Part shown: one piece after another, positions 18,225 to 27,047 of the stretch
Layout: every line of letters begins with the position of its first letter
How positions within the stretch are numbered: the stretch's first letter is position 1
Source: an uncultured virus (IMG/VR IMGVR_UViG_3300021256_000060)
Lineage: Duplodnaviria > Heunggongvirae > Uroviricota > Caudoviricetes
Direction: 5' to 3' (one strand)
Length of the DNA stretch: 40,584 nucleotides
Virus record (IMG/VR): IMGVR_UViG_3300021256_000060
Position numbers and translations under genes: made by a program
Notes under the pieces: model-generated
Databases searched by the model: none
The model's input: the letters and a program-made list of their open reading frames with translations, nothing else
What the model was told of the DNA's origin: nothing

Positions 18225-18851
18225 ATGAGCTGGAAAGTTAACTTAAAAGAAGTATACCAGATGGCTAGAGATGCCTACTGGAATCTCTGGAATACTGCTA
18301 AGAGAAATGGCAGAGATGTGAAGGTAGTGCTGCATTGGGCAGCTTCACGCTATCAGTCAGTATTTGATGATTACCATATCAATATCACTGGTGATGGTAC
18401 ATTGTATGCGACGCATGATTTTGATACCACCCTAAGTCATACCTGGCATAAGAATAGCGGTGCTATTGGTGTCAGCCTTAGTTGTGCGTATGGAGCTACG
18501 AGCAATGATATTGGGGATTATCCTCCAACTCCAGAGCAAATCGAACAGATGGCAAGAGTAATTACTGTTCTCTGTGATGCTCTCGATCTTACTATTGATA
18601 TTAAACGTGTTCCTACTCATGGTGAGGCTGCCGATAATGCCGACGGCGACTATTCCGCTTATGGTGATGACGAATGCTATGGGGTGTTAAATGGATGTGA
18701 ACGATGGGACCTGCAGTATCTTGCTACAAATGAGTCTCCTGTATTCTTGAAGGATTATGACGATCCTCGTACTGGTGGTAACATTTTGAGAGCTAAAGCT
18801 AATTGGTATCGTAATCGTTGGAAGGAGCACCCTGAAGAAAGACCATACTAA
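18225..18851 (+). CDS. N-acetylmuramoyl-L-alanine amidase (Amidase_2 family), probable endolysin
   Basis: VVLHWAA, YHINITGDG, SHTWHKNSGAIGVSL, PTPEQIEQM, VPTHGEAAD and RWDL motifs; RBS AAAGGAGG. Confidence 0.88.
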   Translation: MSWKVNLKEVYQMARDAYWNLWNTAKRNGRDVKVVLHWAASRYQSVFDDYHINITGDGTLYATHDFDTTLSHTWHKNSGAIGVSLSCAYGATSNDIGDYPPTPEQIEQMARVITVLCDALDLTIDIKRVPTHGEAADNADGDYSAYGDDECYGVLNGCERWDLQYLATNESPVFLKDYDDPRTGGNILRAKANWYRNRWKEHPEERPY

Positions 18852-18869
18852 TAGTCATTAACTACTAGA

Positions 18870-18899
18870 CAATGAGGTAGGTAATAAACCTACCTCATT
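18870..18899. terminator. Terminator-like hairpin after the amidase
   Basis: AATGAGGTAGGT-aataa-ACCTACCTCATT. Confidence 0.6.
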
Positions 18900-18922
18900 A
18901 ATTTAATATAGGATGTGAATAC

Positions 18923-19192
18923 GTGATGAGGATTTTTCTTTATACATTAATGGTATTGATATCACTTTGTTTAGGTTTTATTACTGAGTTATGTCTTAGT
19001 GATGCTGTTATGGGTCCAATTGCATTACGATATATCAATATAATGATTAATGGAATAGTAATGCTATGCTTACTTGGCATGATGCTTCTAATGTCTTATA
19101 ATATCTATTATAAAGATAGATTAGATTATATGATTCTAACCATAATAGTATTCTTTTCATATATAGGATTTGGGTTCTATATCAATAGATGA
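18923..19192 (+). CDS. Small protein with three hydrophobic segments, candidate holin
   Basis: 89 aa with three predicted TM helices directly after the amidase; holin role inferred from context only. Confidence 0.5.
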   Translation: MMRIFLYTLMVLISLCLGFITELCLSDAVMGPIALRYINIMINGIVMLCLLGMMLLMSYNIYYKDRLDYMILTIIVFFSYIGFGFYINR

Positions 19193-19221
19193 AAAAGAGG
19201 TAGACCATGATGGTCTACCTC
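19192..19221 (-). terminator. Intrinsic terminator of the RNAP gene
   Basis: GAGGTAGACCA/TGGTCTACCTC stem followed by TTTTT on the minus strand; lies between convergent genes. Confidence 0.7.
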
Positions 19222-19228
19222 CTCTATA

Positions 19229-22200
19229 TTATTTTTTATCTTCGTCTTCTATGCCATCCATAAGTATCTCTTGGATCATTCTAGGCTTTATTCCTAGCTC
19301 CTGTTGTGCCTGTCTGGCCAATTCTATAAGCCCCTTATTGATCAGACCATTAGTCATACAGCTAGACACCATACGACCAAAGACGCCTGTAGAGGTAAGG
19401 AATGCACTGACGTACTCATTTGGGCGATACTCAGAGGTGGCTTCTTCCCCTTTAGGGATAAGTGTAGATACTACACCTTTCAGACCAGATAGGTATACTA
19501 TCTTATCTCCTGATGCTAGCTTATCCACAGTCTTCAAATAAAATTCTAGGCGCACGCCCTCTAAATTTTTGAGCTTGCCCTCTTGAGGAAGTTTATAAGA
19601 TGGTTCGAGTTCGTACTCTTTATCTATCTTATAATCTCTCATTACCTTTTTGAGTTTATTAACCTTAGATTCATATTTCTTACAGATATGCTGTAAAGTA
19701 TCACTCAATTTATTCATCTCTACTGTGCGGTATACTTTGATATCTTGTACGATACCACTTACTTTAGCATGAACTTTCTTACGTCCAATATCAGATAATA
19801 TTTCATTACCTTTAGTAAGACTCTTAAGAATAGCTGCTGCATCTTCTTCTTCGGCAGTATCAGAGAAGATAATAAGAGGTTCTCCTTCTTGTACTTCTTG
19901 TCCTACTTCTACCATATGGAAAACGTTAGCGTAAGATGCTAGTGATACATCTTTTTGCACTACTAACTCAAAAGCCAATGCTTCAGAAATAGTATGGTCT
20001 ACTACGCAAGAGTCTTCGAAACCCATTGCTGTATTAAGTATACCTACCTTAGCAAGAGTACCGATATTGTAACTAATATCGTTAGGATCTTTTCCATTAT
20101 TTCCTACTGATGGTGAATAGGATGATTTGTTGTAGGCGACGATATCGTTGTATTTGATCTTACTACCTTTTTTAATGCCAACATTAGGATCAAGCTTAGT
20201 AGTAATATAGAAGCCACCGTCACTATTCTTTTGAATAGTCTCACGAAGATCAATGTAATCACACTCCTTAGTATCATCATCTTGTAATACTATGTATTGA
20301 TCCGTGACTTCTTTAACAGTTCCTCTCTTTCCTTTAAACTTATAAGAGAATTTATTAGAGGTAAGATATGGCAAAGCCTGATCAGCACCAGTAGTAATAA
20401 GATTCGGCATACTCTTTTTAATCATCATTTGATGTTGTACTGTCTGAGTGAAGCCCATTGCTGTACGCATTGGGTCATCTCGATTTACTGCAAGAGGAGT
20501 CATAGCCTCCATGATAGAGAATGTAGATAGATTATCTAAATCCTTGTTCTTAGAAGGAGTAATGAACCCACGCTTGTTACGTACACCAGCATCTATTGTA
20601 GTCTGACGATTGATACCTACAGTGCCAGCGAAACCTGTAGATAGAGATAATACACCAAGCATAGACTCATCATACGTTCTCTTTTCCATACTGAAGGCTC
20701 GTTCAGAGTTCATACCAGATAAACCCTTGAATGTTACCTTAGCTGCAGATTCTGCTTCTAGTAATGGAGATAGAGTAGATAGATCTGAAGAAGTCTGGTC
20801 ATGAGTCAGGATACTATCTATAACTGCTGACTTCTTGCAAGTGAAAGATACACTACCTTTGTTACGTTTAACCCCATTACGATAAGCACCATACTCTTTA
20901 GCCAATACACTATATAGATGGGCAACAATAACTTCATTTACACGAAGTCTGTTACCAGTGATATCTGAATGACGGTTAAACTTAGTGTCTGTTAGCAAGC
21001 TACTAGCATATAGTAGAGCATCAATATACTCATGAGGAATATGCAGTATCTTACAGATCTCTACAGTAATAGGATCCATCATCAGATCTGCAAAGTTATC
21101 CAGACCATCAGCTTTAATCCTCCCGCCATAGTCATCTAATACCCCTAACCACATATCTTTGCTATTGATCTCACCAATACTATATTCAGTGGTATCAAAC
21201 TGCATCATGCCATTCATGAGCATATTATCAGCATCAGATCTAGGATAGTAGATCATATAGCCATCATTGAACTTGATATAGTTTTGACCCTTTGCTGGTC
21301 TCTTTTCAGAAAATTCGTATTTGATACCAACCTTATTAAGCACCTTTTGTAATCCAATAGTATATGCAGCTACTACAATAACAGGAATCGTCATATTTAG
21401 TATGGACGCTTCTGAGAACATTAGCCTATTAGCTACTGCTGAAGCAGCATATAATTCCTTGAACCTATCTGACTTCTCTCCAAGAAGTTCTTTGATATAT
21501 TCATCTGCTGGCATATCAGAAGGGATTGGAATTCTCTTACCATCCTTTACATAAATAGCTAGATATTTCTTAGCAAGATCTTCTTCCTTAAGTTTCTGAT
21601 CTTCTTTAGGAAGACCAGTTCTATCAATAGGAATCTTAGATAGATTATCCATATTGAAAGAAATATAGCTATGATCCTTAAAGGAAATGGTACTAAATAG
21701 AGATGCCAAATCAATAAATGATACTGGTAAGACGTAGTTGTTAGATACCTTACTATTGTCGCCAGGGATTACTTTGAAATCATTACCATCCCACTTAGAT
21801 AATACCTTCATTATCTTATTAACTACTGGAGTGGATTTACCAAACCCAGAAGGAGATTTCCGTCTAATGAAGATTTTATTGTAGTTGGATACTATCTGTA
21901 CAGTATCTCTATCAGTCTTTTCTATAGGAAGAAGCATCAACTGACCAATGAGTACTTTCTCATTACCACGGAGTTTCATAAAGCGACTACCAATCATACG
22001 AGGAATATCTACTTTAACAGTAGATCTCTTACCATTCTCTGCATCCTCATATTGAACAGTCCATGTATCTACATAATCTTCACTAGTAGATGTATTCTCT
22101 ACGTCAATGGAGATAATATTCATAGGATGTGTAGTAGTGGTAAAGTGCTTAAACATAGCCACGATATCAGCTTGCATATCCTCTTTCGTATATATCTCAT

Positions 22201-23689
22201 TAAAGTTAGGGAACTTAACGTGTTTCCAATGATCATCAATAGAATCTATTGGTAATGCAGTTTCAGGAATATCATCATTGGATTCAAACTGCTTAATTAT
22301 ATCAGATACTTTCTTTCCTCTAATTTGCTTTTTAAGTAGCTCTTTTTGCATGGCATCATATCTATCTGCTCTAGCCTTATCCATTTTGATACCATCTTCT
22401 GCTTGAAGAGAAAGCAATAGTTCTTTAAATTTCTCCTCTTCTTCAGCATCATTACTAGTATCTAATTCCTTTTCTGCGTCGTCCATAGTAGTAGCCTTAT
22501 CTGCTATAGCATCAAGCTTATCTACTAACTCATCTCTCTTCAACTCTATATCAGTTTTGGAGTCATCATCTTCACTATCAATATCTTTCTTAACTAAGTT
22601 AGTGATATTGATACCTCCATTTGCTAATTTAAGAGCAAGGTGATTCATTATAACTAGTTTACTGTCCTTATCTATGAATTCGGCTTTAGAGAAATCATTC
22701 CTAGCCATTCTAGTAATAAGGTTAATGAGTTTTGGTACATCGGTATTGTAGTTGAAGTTTTCACCAAGTCTAAAAGTGAAGAAACCACCATTAGAGATAA
22801 TACAGATAAGACTCTTCTTCCAATCAGTGAATCTATCTATTCTCATTTTAAGAGATCTATATAAGAGACTGATAGGATTAGTATTCTCTTCATGATTGAG
22901 TATATTAGTAGACCCTTTAGCCCAATCATCGAAAGGAATAATAATAGTTCTCTTAGTATAATCACCAAATCTGTTATCACTTAGGAATCTAGATACGAAT
23001 GCACCAAAGAGATCTAGCGCTCTATCACCTTTATACATTCCCTTATTTTGGAAGAATAATTCAGTATAGTAACTCAGGTCATAGAATAAGTTTCTATTCT
23101 TATATAGAGATGGATTAACAAACGTATATTTCAGTTGAGGAACTTGTTCTTTAACCTTCTCATAGAGTTTCATTACTTCTTGCTGATTCTTCAATCTACC
23201 AGAGTATAGCATCTTTTTAAAGACTGAGGTTAGGTTATACTGACCATATTTAGTTTTAAGATTCTCTTCTTGTAACACATCTTCATTTAGTACTTCATCT
23301 ACAAAGTCATTGAAGAATACTCTATTATGAGTTTCATTCGTAGAGTAATTCATACTAGCCTTGAAAAGTGATACATCATTATCTCCTAAAGAAAGAGACT
23401 CTTGAAGAGTAGAGAGAGCATCATAGTTCTCTCCATTAATAATTAATTGATTATCTTCATTGAGCTTTTTATTTATAATCATCTCTACATTCTTTTCCAA
23501 GAAGTAAGACTGGAAGTTGTAAGAATTATTACCAGCATTCTTCGAATTCATCACTGAAATAGAAGATTGCATATTAGGGGTCATCAAATAAACCAAACTA
23601 CCATTCATTCTATTAGTGGGGTCTATAGGAAATCTATATTGACCCTTGTACATTGTGAGAGTTTTAGTCTCATCAAGATATACAGCCAT
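19229..23689 (-). CDS. rpoB: Phage multisubunit RNA polymerase beta-like subunit, single chain (probably virion RNAP)
   Basis: RpoB-like motifs: KVTFKGLSGM, NRDDPMRTAMGFTQ (cf. HDDANRALMGANMQ), GFEDSCVV (cf. NFEDAI), VEVGQEVQEGEPL, SGDKIVYLSGLKGVVS (cf. GDKxxxRHGNKGVVS) and GVFGRM (cf. GVPSRM). Highly divergent phage-type homolog with a long N-terminal extension. Confidence 0.92.
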   Translation of the reverse strand: MAVYLDETKTLTMYKGQYRFPIDPTNRMNGSLVYLMTPNMQSSISVMNSKNAGNNSYNFQSYFLEKNVEMIINKKLNEDNQLIINGENYDALSTLQESLSLGDNDVSLFKASMNYSTNETHNRVFFNDFVDEVLNEDVLQEENLKTKYGQYNLTSVFKKMLYSGRLKNQQEVMKLYEKVKEQVPQLKYTFVNPSLYKNRNLFYDLSYYTELFFQNKGMYKGDRALDLFGAFVSRFLSDNRFGDYTKRTIIIPFDDWAKGSTNILNHEENTNPISLLYRSLKMRIDRFTDWKKSLICIISNGGFFTFRLGENFNYNTDVPKLINLITRMARNDFSKAEFIDKDSKLVIMNHLALKLANGGINITNLVKKDIDSEDDDSKTDIELKRDELVDKLDAIADKATTMDDAEKELDTSNDAEEEEKFKELLLSLQAEDGIKMDKARADRYDAMQKELLKKQIRGKKVSDIIKQFESNDDIPETALPIDSIDDHWKHVKFPNFNEIYTKEDMQADIVAMFKHFTTTTHPMNIISIDVENTSTSEDYVDTWTVQYEDAENGKRSTVKVDIPRMIGSRFMKLRGNEKVLIGQLMLLPIEKTDRDTVQIVSNYNKIFIRRKSPSGFGKSTPVVNKIMKVLSKWDGNDFKVIPGDNSKVSNNYVLPVSFIDLASLFSTISFKDHSYISFNMDNLSKIPIDRTGLPKEDQKLKEEDLAKKYLAIYVKDGKRIPIPSDMPADEYIKELLGEKSDRFKELYAASAVANRLMFSEASILNMTIPVIVVAAYTIGLQKVLNKVGIKYEFSEKRPAKGQNYIKFNDGYMIYYPRSDADNMLMNGMMQFDTTEYSIGEINSKDMWLGVLDDYGGRIKADGLDNFADLMMDPITVEICKILHIPHEYIDALLYASSLLTDTKFNRHSDITGNRLRVNEVIVAHLYSVLAKEYGAYRNGVKRNKGSVSFTCKKSAVIDSILTHDQTSSDLSTLSPLLEAESAAKVTFKGLSGMNSERAFSMEKRTYDESMLGVLSLSTGFAGTVGINRQTTIDAGVRNKRGFITPSKNKDLDNLSTFSIMEAMTPLAVNRDDPMRTAMGFTQTVQHQMMIKKSMPNLITTGADQALPYLTSNKFSYKFKGKRGTVKEVTDQYIVLQDDDTKECDYIDLRETIQKNSDGGFYITTKLDPNVGIKKGSKIKYNDIVAYNKSSYSPSVGNNGKDPNDISYNIGTLAKVGILNTAMGFEDSCVVDHTISEALAFELVVQKDVSLASYANVFHMVEVGQEVQEGEPLIIFSDTAEEEDAAAILKSLTKGNEILSDIGRKKVHAKVSGIVQDIKVYRTVEMNKLSDTLQHICKKYESKVNKLKKVMRDYKIDKEYELEPSYKLPQEGKLKNLEGVRLEFYLKTVDKLASGDKIVYLSGLKGVVSTLIPKGEEATSEYRPNEYVSAFLTSTGVFGRMVSSCMTNGLINKGLIELARQAQQELGIKPRMIQEILMDGIEDEDKK

Positions 23690-23718
23690 AAGAATACCTC
23701 CTCAAATGATTACGATAT

Positions 23719-23773
23719 TATGACAATGTCACCCATACCATTATTAACTTGAGGCATATATTATAATAGTGAG
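23719..23773. promoter_or_regulatory. Divergent promoter pair: late-type (minus, RNAP gene) and early-type (plus)
   Basis: Minus strand GACA-ttgtca-TA (23730-23719); plus strand ATATATTATA-atag-TGAG (23756-23773). Confidence 0.6.
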
Positions 23774-23785
23774 GAGGTGAAATGG

Positions 23786-23959
23786 ATGAAATCTAACGCT
23801 TGTTCGCACTGCATATGCTCAATCTGCGAGGATAAGGGATGCGTTGAATGTGCATTATGTAAAGGGCGATACAAGACAGACAGCTGCTCGGAAGCGTTTA
23901 TAACTCCGAGAAAAAGGAAGAAGACAAATGATCGAAAGACTACCAATCGAAGACAGTAA
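23786..23959 (+). CDS. Small cysteine-rich protein
   Basis: ATG at 23786 with RBS GAGGAGG; CSHCICSICEDKGCVECALC...C followed by a basic tail. Confidence 0.6.
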   Translation: MKSNACSHCICSICEDKGCVECALCKGRYKTDSCSEAFITPRKRKKTNDRKTTNRRQ

Positions 23960-24008
23960 TCGTGGGTAGAGAATTGTCAATCTCTACCAAAGGAAGGAGA
24001 AATTAGTA

Positions 24009-24464
24009 ATGAGTAACAAAGGACATGTGTCAATCGGTGACGAACTTTTATTCGAATTCAAATTGCCAGCAAATTGGACTAAGGAAGCACTATACAATAG
24101 ACTCAGAGATGAGATAGGAGCTGCAGAGGGAGGAGCAGCTGCATTGTCTAAGAATAGAATCAGATTCTATATGAAGATAAAGGGTTATGTAGATCCAAAC
24201 ATTGTTCCTGAAGAACTGGCTTGCTTAGCTTGCCCTAAGAGATCTAGTTATCGTCGTTATGATGATTATAATGGACTTAGAGGTGTTAAACAACCAGTAT
24301 TGGTATTAGATTCTGATTACGTTGATTTCCGTGATTATAATATAATGTGCTCTTACTATACTGACTTAGGAGATGGAACTGAGTTTGATAACAATATCGA
24401 AGTCTGGGCAGATAGATCTAGCATCTGGAGATGGATTGGAAGAAAAACTGGGTTCTGCGCTTAA
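24009..24464 (+). CDS. Hypothetical protein
   Basis: 151 aa, RBS AAGGAG. Confidence 0.8.
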   Translation: MSNKGHVSIGDELLFEFKLPANWTKEALYNRLRDEIGAAEGGAAALSKNRIRFYMKIKGYVDPNIVPEELACLACPKRSSYRRYDDYNGLRGVKQPVLVLDSDYVDFRDYNIMCSYYTDLGDGTEFDNNIEVWADRSSIWRWIGRKTGFCA

Positions 24465-24516
24465 AAATTAAATACCCCCCAACACCAAAATAACCAATTA
24501 AGAGAGGAGAATAGTA

Positions 24517-24663
24517 ATGGAGAAAACAGAATTTCTTAAACTAATCTCTAACCTATCTAGGGATCAAATTCAGCAAGTAATCAAAGAAAAAGAAAAATGC
24601 AGAAAGATGATTTATCCAGCAGTGTATATCTGTAGGGATAAGAAAAAGGAGGATAAGAAATGA
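24517..24663 (+). CDS. Small hypothetical protein, 48 aa (below the ORF-track cutoff)
   Basis: MEKTEFLKLISNLSRDQIQQVIKEKEKCRKMIYPAVYICRDKKKEDKK*; RBS GAGGAG; stop overlaps the next start (ATGA); AACA-ccaaaa-TA motif at 24481-24492. Confidence 0.75.
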   Translation: MEKTEFLKLISNLSRDQIQQVIKEKEKCRKMIYPAVYICRDKKKEDKK

Positions 24664-24896
24664 GTTTATTGTATGATTACTTCTTACCTGTATTATACAA
24701 TATCTTATTTATTTATATTCTCTTAAATGGATTAAGCGATAAGAAGTGGATAGACGTTCCTATACGTCTATTCGTTATTTGTCCGTTAGTTTGGTCCATC
24801 TTACACTTTGGGATTATCGTCGTTATAGTCACAGTAATATTATCAATACTAATCATATATTCGAAATTCTTTGGTGAGAATACAGGGGGTAATTAA
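24660..24896 (+). CDS. Small membrane protein
   Basis: 78 aa, two to three hydrophobic segments, RBS AAGGAGG. Confidence 0.75.
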   Translation: MSLLYDYFLPVLYNILFIYILLNGLSDKKWIDVPIRLFVICPLVWSILHFGIIVVIVTVILSILIIYSKFFGENTGGN

Positions 24897-24897
24897 A

Positions 24898-25476
24898 ATG
24901 CCGATGACAGTAGAACAAGTAATAGCTCAAATTCAGCAGTCTAGACGGATGGCTGATGAAGCTGGTAAGAGAACGTATGATACTAAAAGTCAAAAGAATG
25001 AGCTAGCAGTAATGACTGCTATGCTTAATGACTGTTCCTATCAGGTAGGAGTATATAACAACTCAGGATATCAGGGGTTGTATTGTCCTGCTCAGTCATT
25101 CCGCAGACTAGTATCTAACTCAATGGCAGCAATGACTGGTATGAGTAGAATGGAAACTGATGGCTTAGTATCTAAGTATGAATTTGGTCCAAATGATTCT
25201 AAGGAGATGATTAACTTCTCTAAAGAGTTCATTCATACTTATCTCAAGACTGGTAGAAAGCTACCATTAGGTGGACGAGAGGCTAGTAATATTAGCCTAA
25301 TGCTAAAACAGGTTCCTGGAGGTACAGTCTCTTACCCAGTAAAGGTAGGAGAAGATTCTCAAGGTCATGCAATCTGTGAGTCCAAGACTGCCTATGTAGG
25401 AGCATATGAAACAGTCAAGGTATACGGTCCTTGTCCAGCATGGAAAAAAGAAGAGGTTAAAAACGGTAATAAATGA
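24898..25476 (+). CDS. Hypothetical phage protein
   Basis: Start moved to the ATG at 24898 (RBS AGGGGG); globular, with motifs FSKEFIHTYLKTGRKLPLGGRE and KVYGPCPAW. Confidence 0.8.
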   Translation: MPMTVEQVIAQIQQSRRMADEAGKRTYDTKSQKNELAVMTAMLNDCSYQVGVYNNSGYQGLYCPAQSFRRLVSNSMAAMTGMSRMETDGLVSKYEFGPNDSKEMINFSKEFIHTYLKTGRKLPLGGREASNISLMLKQVPGGTVSYPVKVGEDSQGHAICESKTAYVGAYETVKVYGPCPAWKKEEVKNGNK

Positions 25477-25490
25477 GGAAGTAATATAAA

Positions 25491-26513
25491 ATGGATGTCG
25501 TAATATTCCCAAATGCAAGAAATGTAGGGGTAATGCCTCCTACCAATATCCTCACTAGTAATCTTATTCAGATGACTACTAAGGATATGGACAACATACT
25601 CAAGTTCCATAAAAAACAAAAGATAACCAATATCATTTTCAGATATGGGGATCCTATGGATATTGGAATAGAGTTCTTCATGCATCTATTAGATAAGTTA
25701 GACAGTGATCCTAAGTATGAGAAGACTAGAGTTACTATTGAGAGTCCTCTTATCTCATTCTTAAAAAGGTATGGGGCATGGAAGAATGTAATAGATCACA
25801 ATCGTGTTCTAGTAAAAGCTACATTCAATTATGGAGAAAAGGAGAGTAGCGGTAGATTCTTCTCTGATTCGAATCTAATGGATGCCTATTCTAGATTTTG
25901 GTACAGCTTCCATTATCGTCCTGTGTTAATCTACTATAAGAGTTTTGACAATACTAAATATGCATCTCATATGGAAAGATTAGCTCTGATGCTAAAAACT
26001 ACATTAGAGGTTAGAGACACTACAACTTCAAAAGATGATTGGTGCAAAAATGAGGCCTTCTACTTGAATGATTCATATCGGTATACGACGTCTCATGTAT
26101 GGTTTGATAATAATCCATCTAAGTATGAATCTAACTCTGAGATGGAGGTCCATAACATCGAAAAGAAAAGGGATGAGGTTGCAACTAAACTCAAAGAGAG
26201 ATCAGAGAAAGCAGAACGACAAGCAGAAGCTCGTAGAAAAGAAGAAGAACGAGAGAATGCTATACTTAAGTCTATAAAAGTCTCTAAAGAAATCCAAGAG
26301 CTCAATAAACCAAAAGCAGTCACTAAAAAGAAGCGTACTACTACTAAACCCAATTCAGGATTTACTAAGGAACAAAAGGAACAGCTTCATATTATTAGAG
26401 ACAAGACTGTTAGTAAGTTGAATAGCGAGGTTTCTACTAAGAAACATGTAAAGCATCATATTGATCTCTACGAAGCAATAGAGAAGTTCAGGGCTACTAA
26501 TAACTTAGGTTAA
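25491..26513 (+). CDS. Degenerate radical-SAM-fold protein lacking CxxxCxxC
   Basis: MDVVIFP start, NIIFRYGDPM (cf. GGDPL), WKNVIDHNRVLVKATFNYG and FHYRPVLI follow the order of motifs I recall from jumbo-phage radical-SAM proteins, but the cluster cysteines are absent; charged C-terminal tail. Confidence 0.55.
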   Translation: MDVVIFPNARNVGVMPPTNILTSNLIQMTTKDMDNILKFHKKQKITNIIFRYGDPMDIGIEFFMHLLDKLDSDPKYEKTRVTIESPLISFLKRYGAWKNVIDHNRVLVKATFNYGEKESSGRFFSDSNLMDAYSRFWYSFHYRPVLIYYKSFDNTKYASHMERLALMLKTTLEVRDTTTSKDDWCKNEAFYLNDSYRYTTSHVWFDNNPSKYESNSEMEVHNIEKKRDEVATKLKERSEKAERQAEARRKEEERENAILKSIKVSKEIQELNKPKAVTKKKRTTTKPNSGFTKEQKEQLHIIRDKTVSKLNSEVSTKKHVKHHIDLYEAIEKFRATNNLG

Positions 26514-26525
26514 GAGGGTATTGCA

Positions 26526-26948
26526 ATGGGGAAGTATCATAATGTGATTCACAATATTCAAGAGTTGGTTGATAATATTAGTTCTGATTCTGGTATAAAT
26601 AAGATATTATCACGAGGAGTAGAAGAATACATATCATCCATTCTTGATGAGATACTAGATTCCAACCCAGATATATTTGGTGAGACAAATCACATGTCTT
26701 ACTTCTATGAGAATCATTTGGGGTACGAGGTTATATTTGAAAATATTGGCAAGGTCCAAATATATACCTTTAGATGTGGGAAGGTCGATATCAATCTAGA
26801 AAAAGAATTGGTACGATCTTTGTGGGAAGTCTATACTTGTAGTGCTGATGCTGAAGATAAATCCATCAGCCAAAATGATGCTAACCATTTCGCTAATATT
26901 ATGAAGTCATACTTCGATGTATCAGAAGTTCCTGTATTGACTAATTAA
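26526..26948 (+). CDS. Hypothetical protein
   Basis: 140 aa, RBS AAGAGGG. Confidence 0.75.
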   Translation: MGKYHNVIHNIQELVDNISSDSGINKILSRGVEEYISSILDEILDSNPDIFGETNHMSYFYENHLGYEVIFENIGKVQIYTFRCGKVDINLEKELVRSLWEVYTCSADAEDKSISQNDANHFANIMKSYFDVSEVPVLTN

Positions 26949-26962
26949 AAAGCGAAATGAGC

Positions 26963-26980
26963 ATATATTATATTATTGAG
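26963..26980 (+). promoter_or_regulatory. Putative early phage promoter of the Tas-like gene
   Basis: ATATATTATA-ttat-TGAG, followed by the leader hairpin GAGATGG/CCATCTC. Confidence 0.6.
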
Positions 26981-27047
26981 ATGGATTGGTCACCATCTCG
27001 CGACTATATTTGTATAAGCTACATAGTAGCTGAAAGGGGTATTAGAA

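Noticed and set aside
19229..23689. Group I intron or intein in the RNAP gene
   Set aside because: The frame is continuous and no intein terminal motifs are evident.
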